A DNA stretch of 64,000 nucleotides from assembly GCF_902652985.1 (NCBI RefSeq), contig NC_047017.1, positions 5,518,001 to 5,582,000 on the forward strand. The letters run 5' to 3'. Below the pieces are notes generated by a model. It was not told where the DNA came from and did no database searches. It worked only from the letters and a program-made list of their open reading frames with translations. Position numbers and translations under genes: made by a program. Below, piece by piece: positions 21,844 through 35,172 of this stretch. Every line of letters begins with the position of its first letter. The stretch's first letter is position 1. Source of the stretch: Pecten maximus (Eukaryota).

Positions 21844-24800
21844 ATGGTGGCCCATAAGGGATCCACTGCCCTTACGCCGGTAATGGAGGGGCGGGATCGG
21901 ACCAACTCCACCCTTACGGGACAGAAAAGGGTTTCCGTGAAACTCACCCCAGACAAAAGCCCAGTCCAGTCGACCAAACACCCTTGGAAGGCAAGTATAT
22001 TTTTATAGTAAGAGTGAAATAATGACTGGTAACAGAAATATAATTCGATCCCAAAATCACATAATTATTTATCATGATGTCATTATCTTATTGAAGGGAC
22101 GAGCGGAATGACAACCAGTGGATTATACAAATATATATGATACATGTAGCTCCCTATATCGTATTGAAATACCTGTGTTCTTTTAAAAGTTTGACTGTGT
22201 GTACTTAAGATTTAAATACAACCCACACGTGTATATATATGTACAAGTACATATTGTATATATACCAGTTATATACGCCCGCCATTTAAACCGTCTTGGG
22301 AATATCGTCTTTGTATATTTCTGTAAGACCAAAGTGAGACCTTTTGTACGAATTTTAATAAAATCAAAATCGTTTCCGTTGTCAAATAGCAAACGTAAAC
22401 TTCACGCGCCGGGCCCCAATCCAACGCGTGTTACGGGCTGCACAGAAGTTTGCTACATGTAAAAGAAAAGAAAATCCAAATTATAGCACATAGGGTCTTA
22501 CATTTTGTAATACAGGTTGGATATTTTAACATTTTTCTGCATGGCGAATGAATACATGTTGCAGAGATCTTTTTTTATTCACACTCGACAACATGCCAGA
22601 TATCTCGTAAATGGGACATTTTTCTTCATCTCCATTTAAACTTATGAATCGGCTTATATATTCCATTATATCTTTCGCATGATAATTTCCGTGGGGCTCT
22701 TATTCTCGATACCCCAGGGATTACGTTCACTTGTTGACACAATAACAACACATAAATACACATCTACGTAAAAATAAACAGAGAGCGATCAATAAACAAC
22801 ATTATACTATTCCAGCAGAGTAAAAGTATATGTTACAGTTTTCAGTGTTTCAGCCGAATGTATAAAATTATAGTGTTTTATTTGTCAAACGCGTCAGCTA
22901 TATCTATACAGTCTACGGGTTTGGTTAAATTATTTAGTCATATTGAAGGCTAAAAGACAATAAGTTTGACTTGAAAATAAAATTTAAAAAAAACCAAACT
23001 AACAAAAAAGAGTATTTTTTTGAAATATTGATTTGATGGACATTGTACTCGCATCCATGTTAAAACCCTACACACTTGTACATTTTGTGTGTGTAGGTAT
23101 ACATTTTAATTATATTCGACAGCACACAGAGTTAATGGCAATCAATATTTAACTGTTTACACAGAGTGTCACAAACATTAAATGCTTGTTTGTATATATT
23201 ATAACTTTGTTGACATGTAAACACAGTTGATTACGTTTTTATTCATCTAGAAATAAATTTTCATGGCAGATTTCCGACATACCTAGCACTCTGGGGCGGT
23301 AGTTTGATGACTTACCCGTGATACGATTCGCTAGGTATATTGTATATATAAACTACTTGGCGATTTAACTCCCGTGATGACGAAGTAAATTTATTTATAG
23401 AAGTCAATAGACCGTGAATATGTAGATTAGTATAAAGAGAAAATTACTCACTTAAAAAAGCATGTTATATTGCATAGGTATAGGGCTTTTAAACCTGTCT
23501 GATAGGAAAAGCAGATATCATTGGTTCATATACATTTGTATACCGATACGTAAACCTATACATGTATATACAGTAGTTGTTCACTAAGTGTATATGTTGT
23601 AAATTCTAGTGGTGTTTGGAGAAAATTACTCAACTAAAAGCATGTTTTATGCCACACGTGTCTGTATTGTTGAATTAAGTAGATATATATAAATGACGTA
23701 TTATCTCTAACTTTAGAGATATATAATGATATAAATACATCTTTGTTAGCCATATCACCTTTTCACTCTCTCCCTCTACACTTCAGTAAAATCTCCCCTC
23801 TTATCATAATGGTTTGGTTATATCAATATTATAGCTACTGTTGTAGCGGAAAAGCATTTGACACTTTTGGCTGTCAAATGCCATTTTCCCAGTAGCTACC
23901 AGTGGTGTAGATTTGCCCGATATACAAACAATAGATTTAACATTTCCAAGACTTTTTCCTCTCTAAGATATGAAATTAATACAGTACATGCATTGTCCCG
24001 GAACACATTAACGCGTGGAAAACGTGTGCCTTTTTTGTAGTTGTGTATTTAGTTTTATGTTATGGAGTATTCCACAGAAATATCACGAATGATTGATTAT
24101 TTCTACATACACTCTTTCATTGAAACAGATTATTCGTGATATTTTTTAATGCATCGAGATTTCTTTTTTCGATTGATTTTACTGTCTTGATATGACGCTG
24201 GTTGCCGCGATGATGTATACACAAGCGAACAAACAAACAATGTTTACACTACACATTTTTGAAAACATCAGTCTGGTATAAGAAAAAATATATAGAAATG
24301 AAGCAGTGATCAAAGATCAATCGCAACATTCTGTCAAATCCGGGAAGACTTGGCACGAGTATAAATACATCATGTTGTTTGTCATACTGCAAAACGACAA
24401 TCTAAATAATTTGATTGGCCAATCACCTTTGTCCCAGCAGAGTTTTCTAGACTTTATTCCGATTCTTCACGGGTAATATTAGATCACGGGCATGTAATAT
24501 AAAGTCCCGTGCAAATACAATGTAGCAATGAATCCCACATACATTTTGTAAATGGCGGAATCTGTGCGGTGCGCCTGCCACACCGGGCAGACGACAGTTC
24601 TGCAAAAATACAGGTGCTATTTTATGACAATTCGTTTTGTAGGTTTTAGGTACGTAAATATAAAATCGAGACAGGCAATATGTGACCATATTACCTGCCT
24701 ATATCCTAAAATAACTAATATTTGGATAGCTTCCTGTTGACTGACTCTCACTATTTTCCATACAGGACCGGAAGGCACTTAGTGAAGACTACGAAGGGCA

Positions 24801-27800
24801 TATCAGTGGTCGTGAAGGATGGTGGCGCACCTACATCCGGGTATGTATGCATATTCCCATCAGCTTTATTTGCGATTTTTTAAAACAAATAATACAAGTC
24901 TACAGAACTCTAAAGTGCATAGATATTATATTTGTGGTCCATATTTCACCTAAAATTACGATGGTATAGCAATCTAATTTCTTGCGGAATTAAATTGAAC
25001 ATCCAATTTCAATTAGAATCGATGGAATTGCTTTCGAACAACTGTTACTACTGAGGCGATAAACATCATGGTTTGTTAGTCTTATGCTGTTATGCCAGTC
25101 TATGGTCCACTTGACAAATGAACGTCGACCCAAAAAGACATTCATCACTACTACACCAACCGTTTTCCTTTTACCCTCTCCGTGTGGAAATGAGGCAACA
25201 AATGTGTTAACAACCTTCTGCTTGGGAACACAAGAACGAGTGACTAAAATGAAACCTTTGGTTTCCATTTATACGATTATTTTCGGACTACATGCTTTTC
25301 TTAAGACTACCTTCATAATTCCCCTCTTTTGGCATTAGAGTTGAGTGTCCTCCTAGACGAGGAATGTAAAGGGTTCTGTCCCCGAATGAGACAAAAACGA
25401 GTTTATGAAATTGGCTCTTAAGGCTGTGTATGACGTTCAGCTTACATGAATTATGGTAAGGAGTTGATATTTCTTTGTCAGTATAATGGAACCATTTGGA
25501 GCGTCGTGCTTACTTGTTCGGTAGGCATGATATTCCAGTATGATGACGCTATACAATGCCACTGGAGTAGCCCCATCATCTGTGGATAACATTTTCATAA
25601 CCATATACATACCATTGCCTCGGTGACTATAATAACACATATTTCATTTGTTACAGGAAACACCCTTGCCTGGATCGTACGAGACTGAAGATTTCTTGGT
25701 AGACTTGGACAAACGTCCACACACCTACAGATTCAAGTCGGATGGTAGGAAGATCGATGCCCATCCCCACGGGAAGGGCGCCCTGCTCCTCCCCGGGGCT
25801 TACGAGATGCAACCATTCACGAGGAGGTACGTGTAGATAAACTGAGTCAGTTTCTTAAAAAAAAAATCAAAAAAAAAATCGTGGGCAGTGTTCATTAATG
25901 CTGAATATAGTAGCGTGTGGTTGTTGTTTTTCGCCAAAGAGTTGCAAAACAAAAATGAGGGTTAATGTACCAGAAACACATACAAGACACCAACAATTTA
26001 GAGAGACAATATTGACACTTACTAGATGCTCTCTATCATGTACAACCTATGAATGTTTCATCTGTTTTCGTGTTTGAGATAGATTGTTTACAAGATCTGT
26101 TGAAATAAAAAGAAAAATGATGATACCGGTAATGACAATAAGAACAAAAACATTACGAAAACAATAGGGCTTTCAAACCGAAATGGAAATTCCTAATAAC
26201 AGCAACATCGTTGGCAAAATTATTACTTATAGAGACGGAGCACGGTATAATTTTTTTTTTCGAAATACAAATTGATTAATGAATTTAAATAATTAAAAAT
26301 GAATTTAAATTTAAAACCAGAAGGTTAAACTTTTGGAGGTTGGTAATAACATAAAACATGTATCGTATACAAACGATACAACAACCTGCTCTTGTTTTCA
26401 AAGAATCATAATTCCTTTTTGTCTGTTAAGCAACATCTGTGATAATTGATATAAAAACATATTGTCGCGGATGTCAGTAATACAATAACCTCTCTGTAAG
26501 CGATATTTACTGAAACACATTAACCACCATTGTTTCCTAAACAAACAAACAAACAAGCAAGCAAACAAACACAATTGTTTTCCTTCAATAGATAAATTTG
26601 ACAAATGCTTCTGACTTCATGTTTTCATTATCAAAATTATTTTATTAAAAGTTTTAAAACTGCAAATCAGTAGAACAGTACAGCTACGCCCTATAATGTT
26701 GATATGATAACGTAAGTCTAGCTGTTTGCTGGTTGTTTTTCAAATCAGTAATCTAATCTATTTGTTTGATCAAATTTTCTTTTCAGACTGGAGCAACAGC
26801 CAGCGACTTACAATTTCAAGGCCATAGACAGAGGACAACGAGGTTTTAATTTCGGTCGGAAAGACAAGGTATAGATATATTTATGATTGAAAACAAGATA
26901 GATAAATATTCATGATTAAAAAACAAGGTACAGAAATATCTATGATTGAAAACAAGGTAAAGAAATATCTATGATTTAAAACAAGGTATATAATATTCAT
27001 GATTGAAAACAAGGTATAGACATATTTCTGATTGAAAACAAGGTATAGATACATCTATGATTCAAAACAAGGAATAGAAATATCTATAATTCAAAACATG
27101 GTATAGGAATATCTATAATTGAAAACAAGGTATAGAATTATCTATGATTGAAAACAAGGTATATAAATATCTGATCGAAAACAAGGTATAGAAATATCTG
27201 ATCGAAAACAATTTATAGAGATATCTGTGATCGAAAACAAGGTATTTTAATGTGTATGATTGGAGAAAAACTTAAATTGAATACATCCATTCAAAACCTT
27301 TCAGTACACAGAAAAAATAAAAGCAGCACTAGGCGTTTAAACATATACATACACATAAATATATTTCAAACTTACCGAGAGCTTCCATGGCGACTCTCCA
27401 TCTTCGTCATTATATAGAGCTGGACCCAAAATGGGCTAACTTCACTCGCAGAAGAATACTGCTAAGTTACTCTTTGAATAAGCGATCGTTTGAATATAAA
27501 ATTCCTACCCTCGGTTTCTTCTTCACCCTCAGTACACAATTGAAATGAATATCAGCAATTCATTTTTAAGCCAAAAGGTAGAAGTTAAATTATTTTGCAT
27601 AAGAATGATCTCGCGGAGAAAACTGACCATTATCATAGAGGTCTCAGCATTTATCATTTGACAGGCCTGCCAGGAAACATCTCTATTCAATGGCTTCACT
27701 GGGAATGTATAATATAGATAGTAAATAATACCTTTTCAATGGTTTCACTATAAGGTGTAATGTTACACCTAACCCCATCCCCATCATCGGATACCCACGG

Positions 27801-30800
27801 TGGTTACACAACGCTACTCTGCATTTGCTAATGATCCTCCATAGAAAGGTGTAAAACTATCAGTCCACAAAATATATAAATATGCCAATCAGAACCTTTC
27901 GGTTTGATACATTACCTATGATACAGCATTGAAATACAAACGTATCTGTTCCAGGATATCAACGTCAGTCCTAATGCCTATGAAATGGACAAGTATTTAA
28001 CAGTAGCTGTAGATAAACAACCCTCTAAGTAAGTATATTTTTATTTATATTTAAGCTACCTATATACGTTCAAATGTACGTAGATAGCTCTGTAATTTGG
28101 ATGGGAAAAAGACATTGAAAGGATAAGAAATTGCCTCCGAACGCGATATTCAAGTAAAGGAAATATTGTGTTTTTGCGTTTGTACTCAATACATTGTATT
28201 TTATGATTGCGATATTCTTTCGCCGCCTCTTTTGTCTTTGTCGCTGTTTAATATATTTAACAGATTCCTTGTAGGTAGTTAACTGAATGTTTTCACCCCA
28301 TTTCCCCTGACAGTTTCAAATGCATTTCCCCCAGAGATATTGCGGACGCTTTCATTACAATACGTCATCCAAAAGAAAGACTCTCAAGAGGTTCTAGTTA
28401 CTCAGAAATGTTAGAAAAGTTCGGTTTACCAATAACGGCTTAGATTCTATTAACGCAAGTAAAAAAAATATACTTACGTTCTATGCCACCGTGGCCTATC
28501 TAAGATACTATGCCACTGTATTTCAGATAAATAAGTTCCTTGTTCGTTTCTGAAGTATTTTTTTCTCGACTCCACCCACCTGCTGGAACAGCTGAGCTTT
28601 CAGAATCCTGTTATATATCGAAAAAAATCCTGTTCCAGTAGGTCTCGTAATGACTAGCCATCAATATGAATTACATGTATGTGGTTCTACGTGACAATCT
28701 AATTAAAATCTAGATGATCATTCTCACTACGTTAAATGGACCATCTAGATTTTAATTAGATTGCCTACGTGAGATTCACCTATATTTTCCAAAGTGTCAA
28801 GATATTTCTAACAGGTAATGAAGCCGGTGGATGAAACCGGCAGAGAGTAGGCAAATTAGCCCATGTGAACGATAAAAAATATCAGCTTGGAATCCATTGC
28901 GAAAACGAAGCGAAAGTTTCTGTTACCTTTAACCAACTTCCAAACAAGATTTTTCATGGGAAGCGAATGGTCATATCGGCAGACATGACATCCATTACTC
29001 GTCTGCAAACACTATTAAATTCCTTGCAGGCAAACAGAATCAGACTTGTTTGATAAGGAAACCTTTCTTTTATATTCCTTACTCTAAAATCAGGCACATA
29101 CTCATACTGTATTATTCCAAGAAGCCAAAAATCGAAATCTTTACGGCATTTTAATTTTCCATTGTAATATTGATTGGTTTTGTTTTTCAGACATTCTATG
29201 TTCAAATCACAATCACGGCGATTCCCAACGATGCCGTTTAGACCTGTAAGTATACGATACTATCGGAAGAAGATCTCATTATATTGTGTTACGGACAAAT
29301 GTTAGAAATCAATTTGTACAGGTTCGTTCGAAATAGAAGTCAATTTCGATAATGATTTTTTTGTATTATGAAAATAAGGACAATATTTTTCTCTAGACAT
29401 ATAAATTAGTTTTAATGTTACTTTTCACTTTGTGTAACAGAGAATAGGCCCCGGACCAGGGAACTATGAATATTCTCCGGAAGTGCCACTCCATCCAGTG
29501 TCATCAAGCTTCAAGTCAAAAACACCACGATTCTCTAGTTCACACACGGTATGTCATCATTTTCGTGGCACGGTTATAGATACGTCATTGATATATGTGG
29601 TGTGTTAAGAATGACAAGTTATTTTCGCACGTACCAACAAAATAGGAAACTGCCCAGTCACTTTTCGGGGATATCCATTAACAAAACGTTTAATGTAGAT
29701 TCCTAAGAAACATATTTTTTTTATTGTATTCTTCTTCCATTTCTTCATTTAATGTGAGAACAACAACACATTGCTGAGTGTGAAATTTATTATAGAATAT
29801 TATCCCTGGTACAAACTTGTGTGCTATCAGTATCAGAATAGCGAAGATGTATCAGAATAAACGTCAGCTTTCTTTCTAAATTTACCCTCCTGGATTTATG
29901 TGAACGGTCTGGGCAGCTTCCATGAAATAGTTCAGTTCAAAATGCTATTTTTGTTCCCAACTCACCAAAGATACCGGAAGGCTGAAAAAACGGTTAATAT
30001 TTTGGAGAAAAAAAAACGGATCATATTTTGAACCCGATCCTTTTTACATAATTTGTGAAAAAACTTATAATGAAATATGATGAAAATATAGTAATCGCAA
30101 AAATAGACTGCTTAAACAATTACCATATATGCGGTGCGTCTAATTGTTTCTGAATATTTGGTGAGATTTGGACTAGTTCATTGGTGGGTGTTTTCATTAT
30201 AGTCTTACCCTACATGAGGTCATTCTATTTATTAATTCTTATTCCAGCACCGTGAGAAGGGCACACAATTTCCGTCTTATTTCACAAACACCCTTTACTT
30301 TATGGTATAGTTTGACATTTTAACATGGAAATATAATTTATTCTTCTATTTCAAAATAGAAAATCCAGAATGCAAAAAAGTTCTCCACCGAAATTAATGA
30401 TTTTTTTTTTAAACTTCCGTGAATTTTTCATGAAATAGATAAAGTTTATTAGTGCCATCAACTTTCAAATATCAGTTCGAACAACTGAGTCTTCATGTTT
30501 TCAACACATTTTCTCAAGCGTTTGACAAATTTTGAAAATTTGTTTTTGGAAAATTGTCATTTCGATGAATATTTTGAAAGAAAATACAGTTAATCTAAAG
30601 ATTTCCACTTTATACCTTTCCAAAATGTCCTGGAGGTTTCCATATACATGTACTAAGTTATACAAAATGATATATTTATAATAACGAAACTTTCATAAAA
30701 CGAATATTGTCAAGTACTTGAGTAAACATATGCATAATGTTTTTTTCTTTCTTTTCTTTTTTCATTTTTGCCATGCGTTTGTTTAACATACACAGCGAAA

Positions 30801-33800
30801 GGCAAGTTGGATCGATTCTATCGCTTCTGGGAACCGGTTTTTGCTGGACTCTTACTTATAGGGTTGGGGATATAACCTAACACATGTGGAGGGGTCATCG
30901 CTTTAGTGGTCACTCCTGTGTGAGTGACCACTGGCTGACCACTGTTTAATTATACTAAACTTGCCAATTTCGATTTCGTAAAATCTGGACTGGCTAAATT
31001 TTGTCCATATCTTATTTTTAGGTCTAACATTTTAGTGCTAAATTAAACCTGATAATTATATGACTCTCACATTATTATTCCCTAAAGGTATGCAATTCAA
31101 CTTTTATGAATTGCCATATTTCAAAACAGAATGATAATTAATACCCAGCGCCATATTTAATCTAGACAATGTTATTGAAGAAGGCGCCATCTTAGATTTC
31201 GTAAAAAGTATCGTCAGAATCTCAATGTTAGAAAGATGTGTGTTCTTTGTCTGTCCTACTAGAGTCAATGGCGACAATAAACAAACTGCTTTTTACAGGA
31301 AGTTCTAGAATGGTAAAAGGTTGTGTTGTTATAGTATTTAATTCGGTGGATATATTGTATTCGAAACACGTGTGAAGACTGAATGTGGTACGGGGTTTTG
31401 ATACTTAACTCATTCTGTAGAATATGTGTTATTTACGTATAGTTATCGGCTATGCAGGAAGATTTCGTAATTGTATTGACATTTTCTGGTGGTGGCCCAA
31501 TTTTATAATATATGCATGTCATACAAGTTCTTTTTGGGCATCTTCGGGCCAGAAAGGCATTAGCGAAGATTTCAGATTCAACACTGAAATTTATAAACTA
31601 AGTAAGCTTTCAGATTGCTTTAGATTGGTACCACAAGGTTTTTTTCAAAAGACATGCAGTTAGTTACAGATAAAACTGTGATGGATCATGACTAGTATAA
31701 ATACCGCGTCATAAAGATAATCAGTTCATCCAAGACTCCAAAAGGATCAATTTGGTGGAAACCTGAAGGAAGTTGATCAAATCTATATAGGCCTGAACAA
31801 ATGTTCAAATATGGCAGGGCATGTTCATAAGCCTTATAATGAATTTATGATTTTTTCTGACATTGCAATTACTATACTTACACTGTGTAGTTATGGATTC
31901 TCCAGTATCCATATTAGTCGCATCTATTCGTCAAGACAGTGGTGGTATTAATGTTTCTATAAAAATTTAATGAATTCTTCATTCCAATTTATGCAAGTAT
32001 TTCAGTAACCCTCTGTTCAGATAAATACTAGACTTGTTCACTTTAGACAATGAATAAAGATACACGATATTGTAGGCTATATTGTTATTATAACAGATCA
32101 ATAAATCATTAAAATGTTTTTGAGACAGCTGTATATATTATCAAAAATGCAATAAATAGATGTGTATCAATCTGCTCAACTAACAACCTATGTCAAAAAA
32201 TAGGGTTTCAATTCATATAAAAAAAACCCATTTTTTTGTATTATTTATTACAGTGAACTTTGTATATATTGTTGTGTTTATTAAAAAGAACAATTAAATA
32301 TAATATTTTCTTACGATAAAAGAGTTAGTCGTACTTGTGTAAGAAGTAATGACGTCATATCATCGTTATATGTGTCAAAGATTTCACCTGGAAGTGCTGC
32401 ATATGTAAGTTAATTTGGTCTCGTAGTTGCTTAGCTATCTGTAACACAGCCTTATATTCAAACTGAATTATAAATAATAAAAAAGTATGCATGTCAATGT
32501 ATTTAAAAGTTAATTAATGTAGATGTTGTAGTTACTTAACTAACACAGGTAAACAATCTTCAAATTCTAAAAAAAAACTGCATGTCATTTAATGATGATT
32601 TTTAAAAGTCATTTTATATCTCGTAGCCACTTAACTAAACTAAATACATCATCTCACTGAAAAAGAAATTTATAACTTTTTAATGCATACCTGTCGCTCC
32701 ATTGATAAGTTCATTTTAGGCTCATAGGATTTATTTAACTAAATTCGTTTTAATATTCAAAATGAAGTTAGTCATAAAACATACATATCTTTCAGTTTAA
32801 TTTATAATTAAGTTAGTTACCTAGCACGATTTTGATAATGTTACATTCGATTTGAAAGTGAATTTATTTTATAAGCATGCATTTCCTTCTATTTAATAGT
32901 TGTTGTATTCTCTCTTATATGTTTTTTTGTCAACCAGTTGAATATTGACAAATTGAAGATTGAAAATATTCTTTAGAATTTGAAAATAATAAATAATATA
33001 TGAAAATTATGTACATATTCGAACGGCATTATTATTTTGATTTTTGATTTTTTTTCTCCTACAAATATACCTCACCGCGTTGATTTAATCTGGTAACAGT
33101 CTAACATTATCACCAACTTTATTCAATTGAGATAAATCTGCAGGCTGATGTTTCTAATGGCCTTAAACACAAAACAGGACTTAAGCGAATTCATCGAAAT
33201 GAAGCACTGGTTGAAAATAGTTTTTTATTCCCTAACTCGAATAAGCTGGATTTAATATTTCCCAAGTATATTAGTCGCCGTATTGATGAAGTTTCATGTA
33301 CATGTAATTATTGATTTCATACATTTTTTATAAGTTTAACATCAATTGACACAAAATTATAGTCAAAATAATGTTCAGCAACGTTTAGTTTCAAAATGTC
33401 TGATCAATATGATAAACTTTGAAGGATTTTATCAAGTTGGCATGTATTTTACAGTGAATGTTATTTTCGATAAAAACATTAAACGTTAATGCTATTTGAG
33501 TATATGGATGAGCGACAGACAAATCTAACGCTGTACTCTAACATCTGATAAGTACTTCAATAGTTGACATAGTACTCAATCTGTCACTCTCTCCTTCACT
33601 GATCTTATGATTTATAATTAATCAAATATCTTACTCAGAAAGAAATTACAAATTATTATCTTTTAGCAATTTTCTGTTCACACTCAATAAGTATCATACT
33701 ATGTAGCAGCTAGTAGCGCCATATCACGTGACGTCATACGTTGAATGTGATTTGCTCATAATATGTAGTAGCTAGTGTCATATCATGTGACGTAATACAT

Positions 33801-35172
33801 TGTATCTTTTTCTCATATCACCTTATCTTATACAATTCATATGTTAAATTCAATTATACATTATACAAATACAGACTTTGGTTGAGGGCAAATCACCGGG
33901 AGGTCAATATTACGTTTCGCCAGGTTCATGGAATGTTATATTAACCTCTGCTAAAATACATCTTAGCACAGATGACATAATTTCCATTCTTAAGCAGGGG
34001 TTAATATAAGATTACACGGACCTGACGAAATATCATATTGACTCCTCAGTGATGTCATGAGGTATTTCCAAGGAAATAATTGATGTCATGTGATCTCATT
34101 AGGACCAATGAGCGATGGTGTTACATACCAATGATATAATAATACGTGATATATACTCTTTACCATGCATTGGACACTCAGGCAAGTGCTTCGATCGATA
34201 GAACTGTACCTTTGAATCTTCTTTGGTTCGTGCAAGAAATGCATTGTGAAGTGGCCTTGCTCAAACTCGAGTGTGTTTAGAAAGCAGGACCAATTGATTC
34301 ACTCACACTTGCTTTTGAAAAATCATAAAAATGCGTTGACTAATGTCAAGCACTATTTTGGGCTAAATCTGAATTATTAGTTAACGTATGTTTGTAATTA
34401 TTGCATTTCAATGTTATATTATAAAACTGATTCAATAATTCGTTGAGTTACAGTATAGTTGTGTCTTCTGTTGAATAAACCTCGTTTTCATCTGTCCTCG
34501 CTTGTCTTTATCCTAACCAATTTACACAGTGTAAACATGAATTTTGTAGGAGAAAGTTTATGAAAACTACACTTGTTATCTAAATAAGTAGAAATATTGA
34601 TATCTAAACATTAAATGTTGTTTGTTACAGCAAATTGTTAAAAATATTTTAGAAATGAATTTACAAGGTAGTATTTCGCAAAATAAAACTCAGAGAAGTC
34701 AAAGGTCAATATCATCGCCAATCATTTGCTACCTTTAGGTTGTACAAGCTTGGTTTTGATTTTTTTTATTACTGCAAAAATATCAGTGATGTATAGAATT
34801 CTGCTGAGTTATTTATAGTTCCAAAACATATTTGGAGAATTATATAATAATTTTGAACTGTAGAAGCTTTCCTTTAATTATAGTCTGAATAAAGTGCAAC
34901 ATGTGTAACATCCCAAAAAGATATTCATTAGCGTAGCCTTTCATCATTATGTTATTTTAAAAATATTTCGGCAGAGCTAATGATGCATTCTGCACTGTTG
35001 TATCAAAGTCTGACCTTTTACCTCGTTGGATGACCTTTAACCTCTTTCTGCCAACAGAGAGTACCCGGACCTGGAACATATGCCAAGACTCACCAGTACC
35101 CAATGAACAATAATATTTCAAACATGGGCAGACAAGCATGGCCTCTTCTTCACCAGCGCCTTCCAAGCCTAA
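21844..35172 (+). CDS. STPG4: STPG4 (C2orf61)-like sperm-tail PG-rich repeat protein. Exons 21844-21990 (GC donor), 24766-24840, 25657-25826, 26787-26868, 27955-28028, 29191-29245, 29441-29548, 35058-35172; apparent +1 indel in the last exon
   Basis: GREGWWRTYIRETPLPGSY, TYRFKSDGRK, ATYNFK, FKSQSRRFPT, GPGPGNY, SSFKSKTPRF, VPGPGTY and (frame +1) HGLFF match my recall of human STPG4 (REGWWR..TPIPGTY..TYNFKNEGRK..GPGPGHY..TPGPGAY..MGQEHSLFF). Splice phases agree. Exon 1 is less certain than the rest. Confidence 0.85.
26860..27245 (+). repeat. ~29-bp tandem repeat of the STPG4 exon-4 donor (AAAACAAG|GTATAG), about 13 extra copies
   Basis: Unit GAAAACAAGGTATAGAAATATCTATGATT. The first unit overlaps the real exon end AAAGACAAG|GTATAG. 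Confidence 0.9.
28695..28764. mobile_element. 70-bp foldback or mini-MITE flanked by an 8-bp direct repeat
   Basis: CAATCTAATTAAAATCTAGATG / CATCTAGATTTTAATTAGATTG form a perfect 22-bp inverted repeat. CTACGTGA lies on both sides. Confidence 0.75.
33893..34052. repeat. Long imperfect inverted repeat (~60-bp arms), probably an old MITE
   Basis: TCACCGGGAGGTCAATAT..TTTCGCCAGGT..TTATATTAACC pairs with GGTTAATATAA..ACCTGACGAAA..ATATTGACTCCTCAGTGA. Confidence 0.6.

Noticed and set aside
29900-34900. Hidden gene or intact transposase in the 5.5-kb STPG4 intron 7
   Set aside because: There is no long ORF or chain of in-phase exons. It looks like decayed AT-rich repeat sequence that I cannot classify.
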